A DNA stretch of 64,000 bases from Lysobacterales bacterium. Its GTDB lineage: Bacteria; Pseudomonadota; Gammaproteobacteria; Xanthomonadales; SZUA-5. The stretch spans positions 32,001 to 96,000 of the forward strand of contig JALHMH010000001.1 of the NCBI GenBank assembly GCA_022844165.1, read 5' to 3'. Shown here in pieces: positions 22,670 through 30,731 of this stretch. Under the pieces are notes generated by a model that made no database searches, was not told where the DNA came from, and worked only from the letters and a program-made list of their open reading frames with translations. Both the position numbers and the translations under genes were made by a program. The stretch's first letter is position 1. The number at the start of each line of letters is the position of its first letter.

Positions 22670-24499
22670 TCAATCAAGCGCGTATCGCTGCATGTAGTCG
22701 GTTCTCAAAGCGACCGACTGGTCCGCCTTCAACAGTACTGCGTTTTCGATCACCAGCGCATCCAGCTCGCACCCCATGAAACAGCGAAATGCGTCCTCAG
22801 GCGTGCATACGATGGGTTCGCCGCGCACGTTGAAGGAGGTATTCACCAGTATCGGACAACCTGTGAGCTGCTGAAACGCCGTCAACAGAGCGTGGTAGCG
22901 CGGGTGGGTTTGTGCGTCCACCGTCTGGATGCGCGCCGAATAATCGACATGCGTCACTGCGGGCACCGTTGAACGCGGCACATTCAACTTCTCGATGCCG
23001 AACAAACTCAGTTCCTCATCGGTCATCTCTCGCCGATGCTGCGCTTTGACGTCTGCAACCAGGAGCATATACGGGCTGTCGACGTCCATATCGAACCACT
23101 GCGCGACATCCTCTCGGCGCACGCTCGGCGCAAATGGTCGAAAGGACTCCCGATACTTCACTTTGAGATTGAGCTGCTTTTGCATCGTGGGCGAACGTGG
23201 ATCGGCCAGAATGCTGCGCGCCCCCAATGCGCGCGGCCCAAACTCCATCCGGCCGCAGCACCAGCCCACGGCCAGACCTTCGGCCAACCACGCGGCGGTT
23301 TGCGCGATCACAGCATCCTCGTTGAGCACGCGATAAACGGCGCCGGCCTGGTCCAGTGTGTCGGAGATCTCCGTCAGCCGAAACGATGGACCGAGGTAAC
23401 TGCCACGCATCGCATCGCCATTCGCCCGGCGTGGTTGCGAAAGCGCGATGTGATGCGCTGCCAGGGCCGCGCCCAGAGCACCGCCGGCGTCGCCAGCCGC
23501 TGGCTGGATGTAAAGCTCGTCGAAAACCCCGGCGCGCAGCAGCTTGCCATTCGCAACGCAGTTCAGAGCGACGCCGCCAGCCAGACAGAGCCGCCGCATG
23601 CCGGTGCTGCGGCGCGCAAACTGCGCCAGTTTCAATACGGCCTCCTCCGTCACGGACTGGATCGACGCGGCCAGATCCATCTCGCGCTGCGTCAACGGCG
23701 ATTCGGGCGAGCGCGGCGGACCACCGAACAGCGCGTGGAAACGCGCGTTGGTCATCGTCAGGCCAGTGCAGTAGTTGAAGTACTTCAAGTCCAGCGCAAA
23801 GCTGCCGTCGTCGCGCAGATCGATCAAATGACTTTTGATCAAGTCCGCGAATCTGGGTTCGCCGTACGGCGCCAAACCCATGATTTTGTACTCGCCAGAA
23901 TTGACCCTGAATCCGGTGTAGTAGGTGAAAGCCGAATACAGCAAGCCGATCGAATGCGGGAACTGAATTTCGCGCTGGACCTTCAATTGGTGACCGCGGC
24001 CAATCGCCAATGATGTGGTCGTCCATTCGCCGACGCCGTCCATGGTCAACACCGCAGCCGCATCGAAGGGCGACGGGAAAAACGCACTCGCAGCGTGGCT
24101 CAAATGGTGCTCGGAGAACATCAGCTTCTGCGCGTAATCGACATCGTTGCCGAAGACACACAGCGCCTCGCAGATCTGGCGTTTCTGGAACAGTTTGTCC
24201 TTCAGCCAAACCGGCAAGGCGGCAGCGAAACTTCTGAAGCCACGCGGGGCAAACGCCAGATAGGTTTCGAGCAGGCGTTCGAACTTCAAGAACGGTTTGT
24301 CGTAAAACGCGATGCCATCCAGCGTAGCGATATCGACACCGCCCTCGCTCAGGCAGTATCCGATGGCATGCTGCGGAAAGGACGGATCGTGCTTGATGCG
24401 CGTGAAGCGCTCTTCCTGCGCCGCGGCGACGATTTGCCCATCGACCAGCAATGCCGCCGCTGCGTCGTGGTAGTACGCGGAAATGCCGAGTATGCGCAT
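22670..24499 (-). CDS. Carbamoyltransferase (NodU/CmcH/SxtI family)
   Basis: ILGISAYYHDAAA, EERFTR, HHLSHAASAF, GEYKIMGLAPYG, GPRALGARS, NTSFNVRGEP. Confidence 0.93.
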   Translation of the reverse strand: MRILGISAYYHDAAAALLVDGQIVAAAQEERFTRIKHDPSFPQHAIGYCLSEGGVDIATLDGIAFYDKPFLKFERLLETYLAFAPRGFRSFAAALPVWLKDKLFQKRQICEALCVFGNDVDYAQKLMFSEHHLSHAASAFFPSPFDAAAVLTMDGVGEWTTTSLAIGRGHQLKVQREIQFPHSIGLLYSAFTYYTGFRVNSGEYKIMGLAPYGEPRFADLIKSHLIDLRDDGSFALDLKYFNYCTGLTMTNARFHALFGGPPRSPESPLTQREMDLAASIQSVTEEAVLKLAQFARRSTGMRRLCLAGGVALNCVANGKLLRAGVFDELYIQPAAGDAGGALGAALAAHHIALSQPRRANGDAMRGSYLGPSFRLTEISDTLDQAGAVYRVLNEDAVIAQTAAWLAEGLAVGWCCGRMEFGPRALGARSILADPRSPTMQKQLNLKVKYRESFRPFAPSVRREDVAQWFDMDVDSPYMLLVADVKAQHRREMTDEELSLFGIEKLNVPRSTVPAVTHVDYSARIQTVDAQTHPRYHALLTAFQQLTGCPILVNTSFNVRGEPIVCTPEDAFRCFMGCELDALVIENAVLLKADQSVALRTDYMQRYALD

Positions 24500-24648
24500 C
24501 AGAACAAGGTGTAGATGAAGGGCGCCAGCACGGAGCCTTTGGCGATCAGCAAAATGCCGCCGATCAGTACCATCAGGATCACGATCGGCATCAACCAGAG
24601 CTTCTTACGCGCCTTGAAAAATTCGTAGAGTTCTTTGAGGAACGACAT
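24499..24648 (-). CDS. Small membrane protein, DUF5989/SxtK-like (49 aa; not in the ORF track)
   Basis: Translated by hand: MSFLKELYEFFKARKKLWLMPIVILMVLIGGILLIAKGSVLAPFIYTLF*; its TGA overlaps the next ATG. Confidence 0.85.
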   Translation of the reverse strand: MSFLKELYEFFKARKKLWLMPIVILMVLIGGILLIAKGSVLAPFIYTLF

Positions 24649-24653
24649 GGCGG

Positions 24654-25046
24654 TCAATACTGCCGACGAAAGGAATCAGATTCTGGCCCAGGCGGGGTGC
24701 GCTCGATCCAGTAGCTGGACGCACCGCGCTTCAGGCGCAGAGCATCCCGCCCGAAAGCGCGGGTTACCATGGCCACCGGCGTGATGAGCAGGAAGAACAT
24801 GGCGCCGAGCACGATCGGGCTGATGATGCGGCCGAGTAGTAGTCCGAATGCCATCCATGCGCGATTGAACGGTGCGAGACGCGTCGGGCGAAACCAGGCG
24901 AGCAGCGCGGTGGTCGTCGCCAGGGCAATCGCAATCGTCAACAGCAGCGCATGCGATCGCCACGCCGCCCACGCCGCGACCAGGGAAAAAACAACGACAA
25001 ACAAAGCGCCAAAACGGCGGTTGGTTGGCAGTGGCGACGATTGCAT
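24654..25046 (-). CDS. SxtJ family membrane protein
   Basis: RRFG, L.PFNRAWMAFG.LLG.I.SP, GRDALRL, SYWI.R, terminal RQY. Confidence 0.82.
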   Translation of the reverse strand: MQSSPLPTNRRFGALFVVVFSLVAAWAAWRSHALLLTIAIALATTTALLAWFRPTRLAPFNRAWMAFGLLLGRIISPIVLGAMFFLLITPVAMVTRAFGRDALRLKRGASSYWIERTPPGPESDSFRRQY

Positions 25047-25234
25047 CCTGCGGATGGGTGAGCCTTGGGGTTGCGAAGGTTAGCAGCTTGACGAGGCGAT
25101 AAATGGGGCGAGCGTGCGCCAAGCTAAACCGCTGCCAACAGACCTGGCCAGATTCAGATTCAAGTTATCGATGCGGGCCTACGCTGTGCCTCGAACCCGC
25201 GCATGGTGCGCGGCGCACTTGGAGTGCATGAGCT

Positions 25235-25861
25235 ATGGCTCGTATGTGGTTGGGTATGACGCTGCTGGCGCTGACGACGAATGTATTCGCGCAGGATTAC
25301 TACGACGACAACTACTACGCCGAGGAAGATGCCAGGTATCACGATATCGGTGATCGCGGCTACGGGAATGCTGATTATCGAGGCGCCGGCGATGGCTACG
25401 ACTTCGCTCGTGTCGTCGATGCACGACCAGTTTACGAAAACGTACCGGTGGCTGAGCCGCGTCGGCAGTGTTGGAATGAGCCGGTGACCTATGTCAGCGG
25501 TCCGCGCTATCGGCACCGCAGCAATACACCGGAAGTTGTCGGCGGCATCATCGGTGGTTTGGTCGGCAACCAGTTCGGGCGTGGCGATGGCCGCACCGCT
25601 GCTACGCTGGCAGGCGTGGTTCTCGGGGCGTCGATCGGTCGTGATGCCGAGCGCCAGAATCGTTACTACGGCGGTCCGCGCTACGAGCGCACAGTCCACG
25701 AACGTCGTTGCGATGTCGTCGAGCGTTATCGCGAGGAGCGACGGCTCAGCGGCTATGATGTCACCTACGATTACAACGGCACCATCGGCCAGGTGTTCAC
25801 CGATCGCCATCCTGGAACCGAAATTCGCGTTCGGATCAGCGTCGAACCGGCAGACTATTGA
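25235..25861 (+). CDS. Glycine zipper 2TM protein (YcfJ-like), secreted
   Basis: ARVVDARP, GGIIGGLVGNQFGRGDGR..AT.AG, GYDVTYDY.G. Confidence 0.85.
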   Translation: MARMWLGMTLLALTTNVFAQDYYDDNYYAEEDARYHDIGDRGYGNADYRGAGDGYDFARVVDARPVYENVPVAEPRRQCWNEPVTYVSGPRYRHRSNTPEVVGGIIGGLVGNQFGRGDGRTAATLAGVVLGASIGRDAERQNRYYGGPRYERTVHERRCDVVERYREERRLSGYDVTYDYNGTIGQVFTDRHPGTEIRVRISVEPADY

Positions 25862-25867
25862 CTCGTT

Positions 25868-25896
25868 GGCGTCCCTCCGTCTGGCGGAGGGACGCC
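25868..25896. terminator. GC-rich hairpin between convergent genes at the left edge of the accessory block
   Basis: GGCGTCCCTCCG-tctgg-CGGAGGGACGCC, 12-bp perfect stem with no T tail. Confidence 0.5.
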
Positions 25897-25934
25897 GGCC
25901 GCACCTGACCGGATCACCATCCGGCAGATTCAAG

Positions 25935-26669
25935 CTACTCAGAAAGCCGTGGCCGGAAACTGTATGGCGGCCACGGACCTGAGCAGCTCAAAAATATCCC
26001 CTCGGCGGCCAGCGTCTCGCGAGCGGCATCGACATCTTGCTGAAACGCATGCTCACGCGCCCTATCGATCAGCAGAGCGATATTCAACAGCGGCTGAGCC
26101 TGCTGACCTGGAACAACCGCCTGGCGACGAACTTCGGTGCGCGCACGCGCCTGCGAGAAAAGCGGCGCCAGCAACTCGTCGATTCTCGTGCGGGCGGCTT
26201 CCTGGCGAATCCGGCGCCGTTCCGGCGCGGACTGCTTAGCTTTCAACCACGCAAGACCGCTCATTCCCGATGCCGGGACTTCAGTGCCTTCTTCGCCGTC
26301 GGCGAGTATCGCCTTGATGCCCCACTCGGCAGCGCCGGCGACGTTTGCGAAGTACCGCTCCAACTCATCATGGTGTGCGCTGGCCGCGCATAGCAACTCG
26401 TCGGCCGCAGGCACGATGAGTCCAAATTGAAGCGGATACGCAGCCACCGTCTGACATATCTCCGTCACTGCGCTGTGCTGTCTGGCCAGTGCCCACGACA
26501 GCCATTTCGCGTCCTGCTGCGTGATATCAGAGTAGCGCTCCACGTCTGTCGCTTCGAGCGCTAAACAAAGAAGCGTCCAAGGTCCTTCAGTTGCCACCAC
26601 TTCCAGGCCCTCAACAGCGGGAAGCTCCGGTGCAGAACCAGTGGCGACCAGCGCAATTGGGTTCAGCAT
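25935..26669 (-). CDS. gvpL: GvpL/GvpF family gas vesicle protein (detached copy)
   Basis: H..V...PLQFG, EWGIK, LLNIALLID, C-terminal SGPWPPYSF; AGGA RBS before ATG at 26669. Confidence 0.85.
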   Translation of the reverse strand: MLNPIALVATGSAPELPAVEGLEVVATEGPWTLLCLALEATDVERYSDITQQDAKWLSWALARQHSAVTEICQTVAAYPLQFGLIVPAADELLCAASAHHDELERYFANVAGAAEWGIKAILADGEEGTEVPASGMSGLAWLKAKQSAPERRRIRQEAARTRIDELLAPLFSQARARTEVRRQAVVPGQQAQPLLNIALLIDRAREHAFQQDVDAARETLAAEGIFLSCSGPWPPYSFRPRLSE

Positions 26670-26784
26670 TGTGAATCCTATGACAAGACCAGACCGCGAC
26701 AATACGGCAGCTCAGCGCTGACATCACAACTACTACAACTAAGTGGGTAGTTCCCGGCGACAGATCGCAGGGAATGATAAGGAC

Positions 26785-28578
26785 ATGAAAAGGGCCTTCC
26801 CCACGTTCCAGGTCGATCAATCGCGACGCCGCAAGCGCATGCGGACGGTTCTGCGGGGCGGCCGCTTTAGTTGGAACACTGGACTCTTCCGCGGAGCGAC
26901 GGACTTGAACGAATTGCCAGCCGCGCTACTTGAATCGGACGGCGAGCTGCTTGCGGCAATTCTTGAAGCGCTGCCGACGATGCTGATGGTCTTCGATCGG
27001 ACTGGCAAGCTGCTGCGCGTCAATCGTTCCTTTCAGTCCATTGCGGGCTACTCGCCAGACGCCATCGAACATCTGCACTTTTCCAGTCTGTTCGCCGATT
27101 CCAGTGCGCAGTCGCAATGGCAAACGGCCCTGGCCTGCAAGAACTTGAATGCCATCGAGTGCAATGAATACTTGACCAACCGCGCCGGGCGGCGGGTGCC
27201 GCTGGAACTGGCATTGGTGCGAGTGGGCGAGGCGGCCGATTTACGTATCGTGGTCGGCGCCATTGACTTGCGCAGTCAGCGCACGACCGAACGCCATCTG
27301 ATCCGACAGGCCTACTTTGATGCGTTGACGCGATTGCCCAATCGTACGGGTTTCAAACACCAGCTGGCGTTGCGCATTGCCGGCAGTTTTCAGCGCGACG
27401 AGGACTCTCTCGCTGTTGCCGTAGTCGATGTTGCACGCTTTCGCGTCATCAACGATGCGATCGGTCATGACGGTGGCGATGCATTGTTGCAGAGCCTCGC
27501 CAGCCGACTCCAGTCCAACCTCCAGGATGTGGTGATCGGGCATTTGAGTGCCGGCGAATTTGCTGTGATGTTGACCGATGTGCGCAACGAGCGCGACGCG
27601 CTGCGTGTCGGCCAGCGAATCCTTGGATTGTTTCGGGAGGCATTCCTGGTGCGCGGCCAACGCATCGTGCTCAACGCACGCGTTGGTGTGGCGCTGGCCG
27701 ACGCCAGGTCGGACCCCGCGACCGTGATGCGCGATGCCGATTCTGCACTTTTCGAGGCCAAGGAATCCGCTCAGGGTGTGCGTGTCTTCGACCGGTCGAT
27801 GCGCCTCGCCAGCGAAGCACGCCTGCGTCTGGATATCGAACTCCGCGCAGCCGTCGCGCGCGATGAATTTCGCCTGGTGCTGCAGCCGATCGTCCGTGTG
27901 CAGGACGGCACATTGGTCGGGCACGAAGCCCTGGTTCGCTGGGCACATCCAACTGCCGGCGAGCTGCTTCCCGCGCAATTCATCGCGCATGCTGAGCGCT
28001 CCGGGGTTATCTCCGCCATCGACGCCTGGTCGCTGCGAGCTACTCTGGAGTGGCTGGAAGACACGCGAACGGGTCTGTCCTGTAACGTCAATACGTCGGC
28101 GCTGTCGTTGTTGGATCAGGTGTGGTTAAACGATGCCGTACGCCTTCTCGAAGAACACAGCGAAGCGGCAAAACGACTACGCATCGAGATCACCGAAACC
28201 GCGCTGCTTGGCGATGCCCAGATCACTGCTGCGGCGCTGGAGCGATTGATCGGTGCTGGCGCGCAAATCGTCCTCGACGATTTTGGGACTGGCTACTCCT
28301 CGCTCGTGCATCTGCAGAGTTTTCCGATCTCCGGCATCAAGGTCGATCGTTCGTTTCTTGCGCGCCTGGATTCCGATCGGCGGGACCAGACGATTGTTGC
28401 CGCGCTCATCGGTCTGGCAAGCGAACTGGGTCTGACGGTCACCGCCGAAGGCGTCGAGACTGAAACGCAACGTGCTTGTCTGATCGAGCACGGGTGCGAG
28501 TTTGCGCAGGGATATTTATTCGGTCGACCCGCGCCCGCGGCCGCGACCTTGCAGCACTCTCTTGGAGCAATCAAATGA
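26785..28578 (+). CDS. PAS-GGDEF(degenerate)-EAL protein, probable c-di-GMP phosphodiesterase
   Basis: PAS; DALTRLPNR; GGDEF replaced by SAGEF; intact EAL, EITET, DDFGTGYSS, KVDRSF, EGVET, QGY. Confidence 0.88.
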   Translation: MKRAFPTFQVDQSRRRKRMRTVLRGGRFSWNTGLFRGATDLNELPAALLESDGELLAAILEALPTMLMVFDRTGKLLRVNRSFQSIAGYSPDAIEHLHFSSLFADSSAQSQWQTALACKNLNAIECNEYLTNRAGRRVPLELALVRVGEAADLRIVVGAIDLRSQRTTERHLIRQAYFDALTRLPNRTGFKHQLALRIAGSFQRDEDSLAVAVVDVARFRVINDAIGHDGGDALLQSLASRLQSNLQDVVIGHLSAGEFAVMLTDVRNERDALRVGQRILGLFREAFLVRGQRIVLNARVGVALADARSDPATVMRDADSALFEAKESAQGVRVFDRSMRLASEARLRLDIELRAAVARDEFRLVLQPIVRVQDGTLVGHEALVRWAHPTAGELLPAQFIAHAERSGVISAIDAWSLRATLEWLEDTRTGLSCNVNTSALSLLDQVWLNDAVRLLEEHSEAAKRLRIEITETALLGDAQITAAALERLIGAGAQIVLDDFGTGYSSLVHLQSFPISGIKVDRSFLARLDSDRRDQTIVAALIGLASELGLTVTAEGVETETQRACLIEHGCEFAQGYLFGRPAPAAATLQHSLGAIK

Positions 28579-30731
28579 TGGATGGCAGCGACGCCTTGAA
28601 TGATGCGGTCGATTCGTTCGCGCGTGCGAAAGGGCTATTCAGTCCTGCGGCGATGGGCTACTACCAGGGCGCTTTGCAGGCGCGCCAACACCTGGCCAGT
28701 GCGGCAATCATTTTCGACCGGGCTCAGGCGATCGCACGCGATGCGTGCGAGCTGGCCCGACCGTCGTTCGAACGCTCGGGTCTCATGGTGCATGCCGATG
28801 CTCTGGCGAGCGCCGAGCGCGACCTGTGCATGTTTGCTCAGGTGTGCGCGCGCGCATTGACGGGTGCGGATCGCGATCTGGAAAAAGGATACCTGAGGCA
28901 AGTGGCGACAGCCTCCAGCCTCGGTATGGACTTTCACGACTCCAGCCCATTGTTGCTGGGATTCGCCTGGTGCGCGGCTGCCAATCACTTGCAAGGACAA
29001 GCGCTGTGGTGCTTTCGCGCGGCCTGCGAACGGGCACAGTCCGCGTTGCGTAACGCTGCCAGCGGAGCGGCACTCAGCGCAGCGGCAGGCGACATTGGCG
29101 CTGGCGCTTACCCGATGTTGTCATCGGCTCACCCGGAACTGGATCAGATTTACGGCGCTGTGACAGCGGCAAAGTGTCCGCGCGATATGAGCATGATGCT
29201 CGGCACAGCAGCGCACGAATGGCTGGCCGAAGGGCGGCAAACGCCGTTAACCCAATGGATCAGCTGGCTCGTCGCCGCGATCGGGCCGCACGTTGCGCGC
29301 TACAGCGGCGATGTCTGGGGCAGCGTTTTTGCCAGCCTCGCGGCCGCCTCGTTGAGCCGGGTGCCGACGCAACAGTTGCCTGGGTGCGCCGCACCCCTTT
29401 TGGAGATTTCGCTTCACGGACATGCGCTGCGGCGCGCGGTGCATGGTTTGTTGCGTGCCGAAGATGCCGGGCATTTGAGCGCGCGGCGCAATAGCGAATC
29501 GGTAGCGGCTGCCCCCCACCATCAGCAGCGGGTCGCGCGGTTGTTTGCTGCACTCGCTTGCGCCAGCGTTGTGGGCGACCATGCCTATGCCGAGAAAGCG
29601 GTAGCAGACTTGCTCAACGAAGTCCGAACCTCGTCCAGTGAGCCATGTCTGCTCGGCCTTGCGTCGGCAGGCAGCGAAGCGATGGGTGTTGCCTACACGC
29701 CATTCGTCGCGCAGGCAATCGATGCTGGAGTCGATTCGGCGCGTGCGTTCGCCTTGCTACAGGGCGAGTGGCGCCACTTGCCAGACATCGCCAAAGGCGT
29801 CGTAGACCAGCTGAGTTTACCAACGGGTATGTTGCCGTGGCTCACCGGCGTTCTGGCGCTGCTGCTGGAACTGGCGACCAGCCGTTCTGCGCCGCGAGCC
29901 GAGCTTGCTCTGGGCGACCGGCTTCTGGCGGATTTCCTGGGGCTTTCGGGCAGCACGCCGGCCATTGAGGCGCAAGCCTTGCGTGCGCTGGCCGCTCGAG
30001 TACGCGAACATCCGGCCTCTGCCGTGGCGCGCCTAAGCACCTTGTTAAGCTCGCTGGGCGCAATGACCGACCGTTGGGAAGTGGTCTTTGTGATGCGCGC
30101 GGCAAGCAATCGCGGCGATGCCAGCGAATCCTGGACCGGGGCACTGTCCGCGCGCCTGGCCGTCGTATTGATCAATAACGCAAGCGAAAATTCCATTGCA
30201 GACACCGTGCATTGGTTGGCGACGGCATGGGTACCCCACGTGCGCTTCGCCCTGCCCGAACAATCGCCAGAGGTGCTGGCCGCGCCGGCGATTGCAGAGC
30301 TTCAGGCGCAACTGCCCATAGAGCAGCACGGTCGAATTGCGCAGCTCGCCGAGGGCATCGCCGATGCGGCGACCGCCCATGCGATGCTGGCAAACGCCGA
30401 TGCCTGGTGTGCTCAAGCGGTTGCGGAGATGCGAACGCGACCGAGCTTTGCGTCAGTGCGTGGGATTGAGACCAGGTGCATCCGCGATCTGACCATTTTG
30501 CTCAAGTCGATCGCTTGTTTCCTGGGCTCAGGACTTGGCGATGTTCCTATACGAGTTCGCGCATTTGCAGCGGCGCACTTGTTGCCGTTCCTACAAGAAG
30601 AAACGCGCAACTTCGGCACTGAACTGGTTGCAGTGTTGCAGGCGCAGATGGCACAACTGAGCGGCACGTCGCGCAACCGGGTCGCAGCGCTCCTGGCCTC
30701 AGTTTATCAACACGACGGTGCCCCGCAATGA
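28575..30731 (+). CDS. Large protein with several phycobiliprotein-like (BBAG-type globin) repeats
   Basis: Phycobiliprotein-like N-terminus; helix-E-like motifs SAERDL, KCPRDM, RCIRDL; ATGA-coupled at both ends. Confidence 0.6.
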   Translation: MMDGSDALNDAVDSFARAKGLFSPAAMGYYQGALQARQHLASAAIIFDRAQAIARDACELARPSFERSGLMVHADALASAERDLCMFAQVCARALTGADRDLEKGYLRQVATASSLGMDFHDSSPLLLGFAWCAAANHLQGQALWCFRAACERAQSALRNAASGAALSAAAGDIGAGAYPMLSSAHPELDQIYGAVTAAKCPRDMSMMLGTAAHEWLAEGRQTPLTQWISWLVAAIGPHVARYSGDVWGSVFASLAAASLSRVPTQQLPGCAAPLLEISLHGHALRRAVHGLLRAEDAGHLSARRNSESVAAAPHHQQRVARLFAALACASVVGDHAYAEKAVADLLNEVRTSSSEPCLLGLASAGSEAMGVAYTPFVAQAIDAGVDSARAFALLQGEWRHLPDIAKGVVDQLSLPTGMLPWLTGVLALLLELATSRSAPRAELALGDRLLADFLGLSGSTPAIEAQALRALAARVREHPASAVARLSTLLSSLGAMTDRWEVVFVMRAASNRGDASESWTGALSARLAVVLINNASENSIADTVHWLATAWVPHVRFALPEQSPEVLAAPAIAELQAQLPIEQHGRIAQLAEGIADAATAHAMLANADAWCAQAVAEMRTRPSFASVRGIETRCIRDLTILLKSIACFLGSGLGDVPIRVRAFAAAHLLPFLQEETRNFGTELVAVLQAQMAQLSGTSRNRVAALLASVYQHDGAPQ

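Noticed and set aside
22670-25046. Saxitoxin biosynthesis
   Set aside because: Only sxtI/J/K-like genes are present; no sxtA, sxtG or other core genes.
25155-25934. 10-bp direct repeat CAGATTCAAG at 25155 and 25925
   Set aside because: It flanks only the ycfJ-like gene, also occurs inside a CDS at 9251, and was not seen at the right boundary of the block; probably chance.
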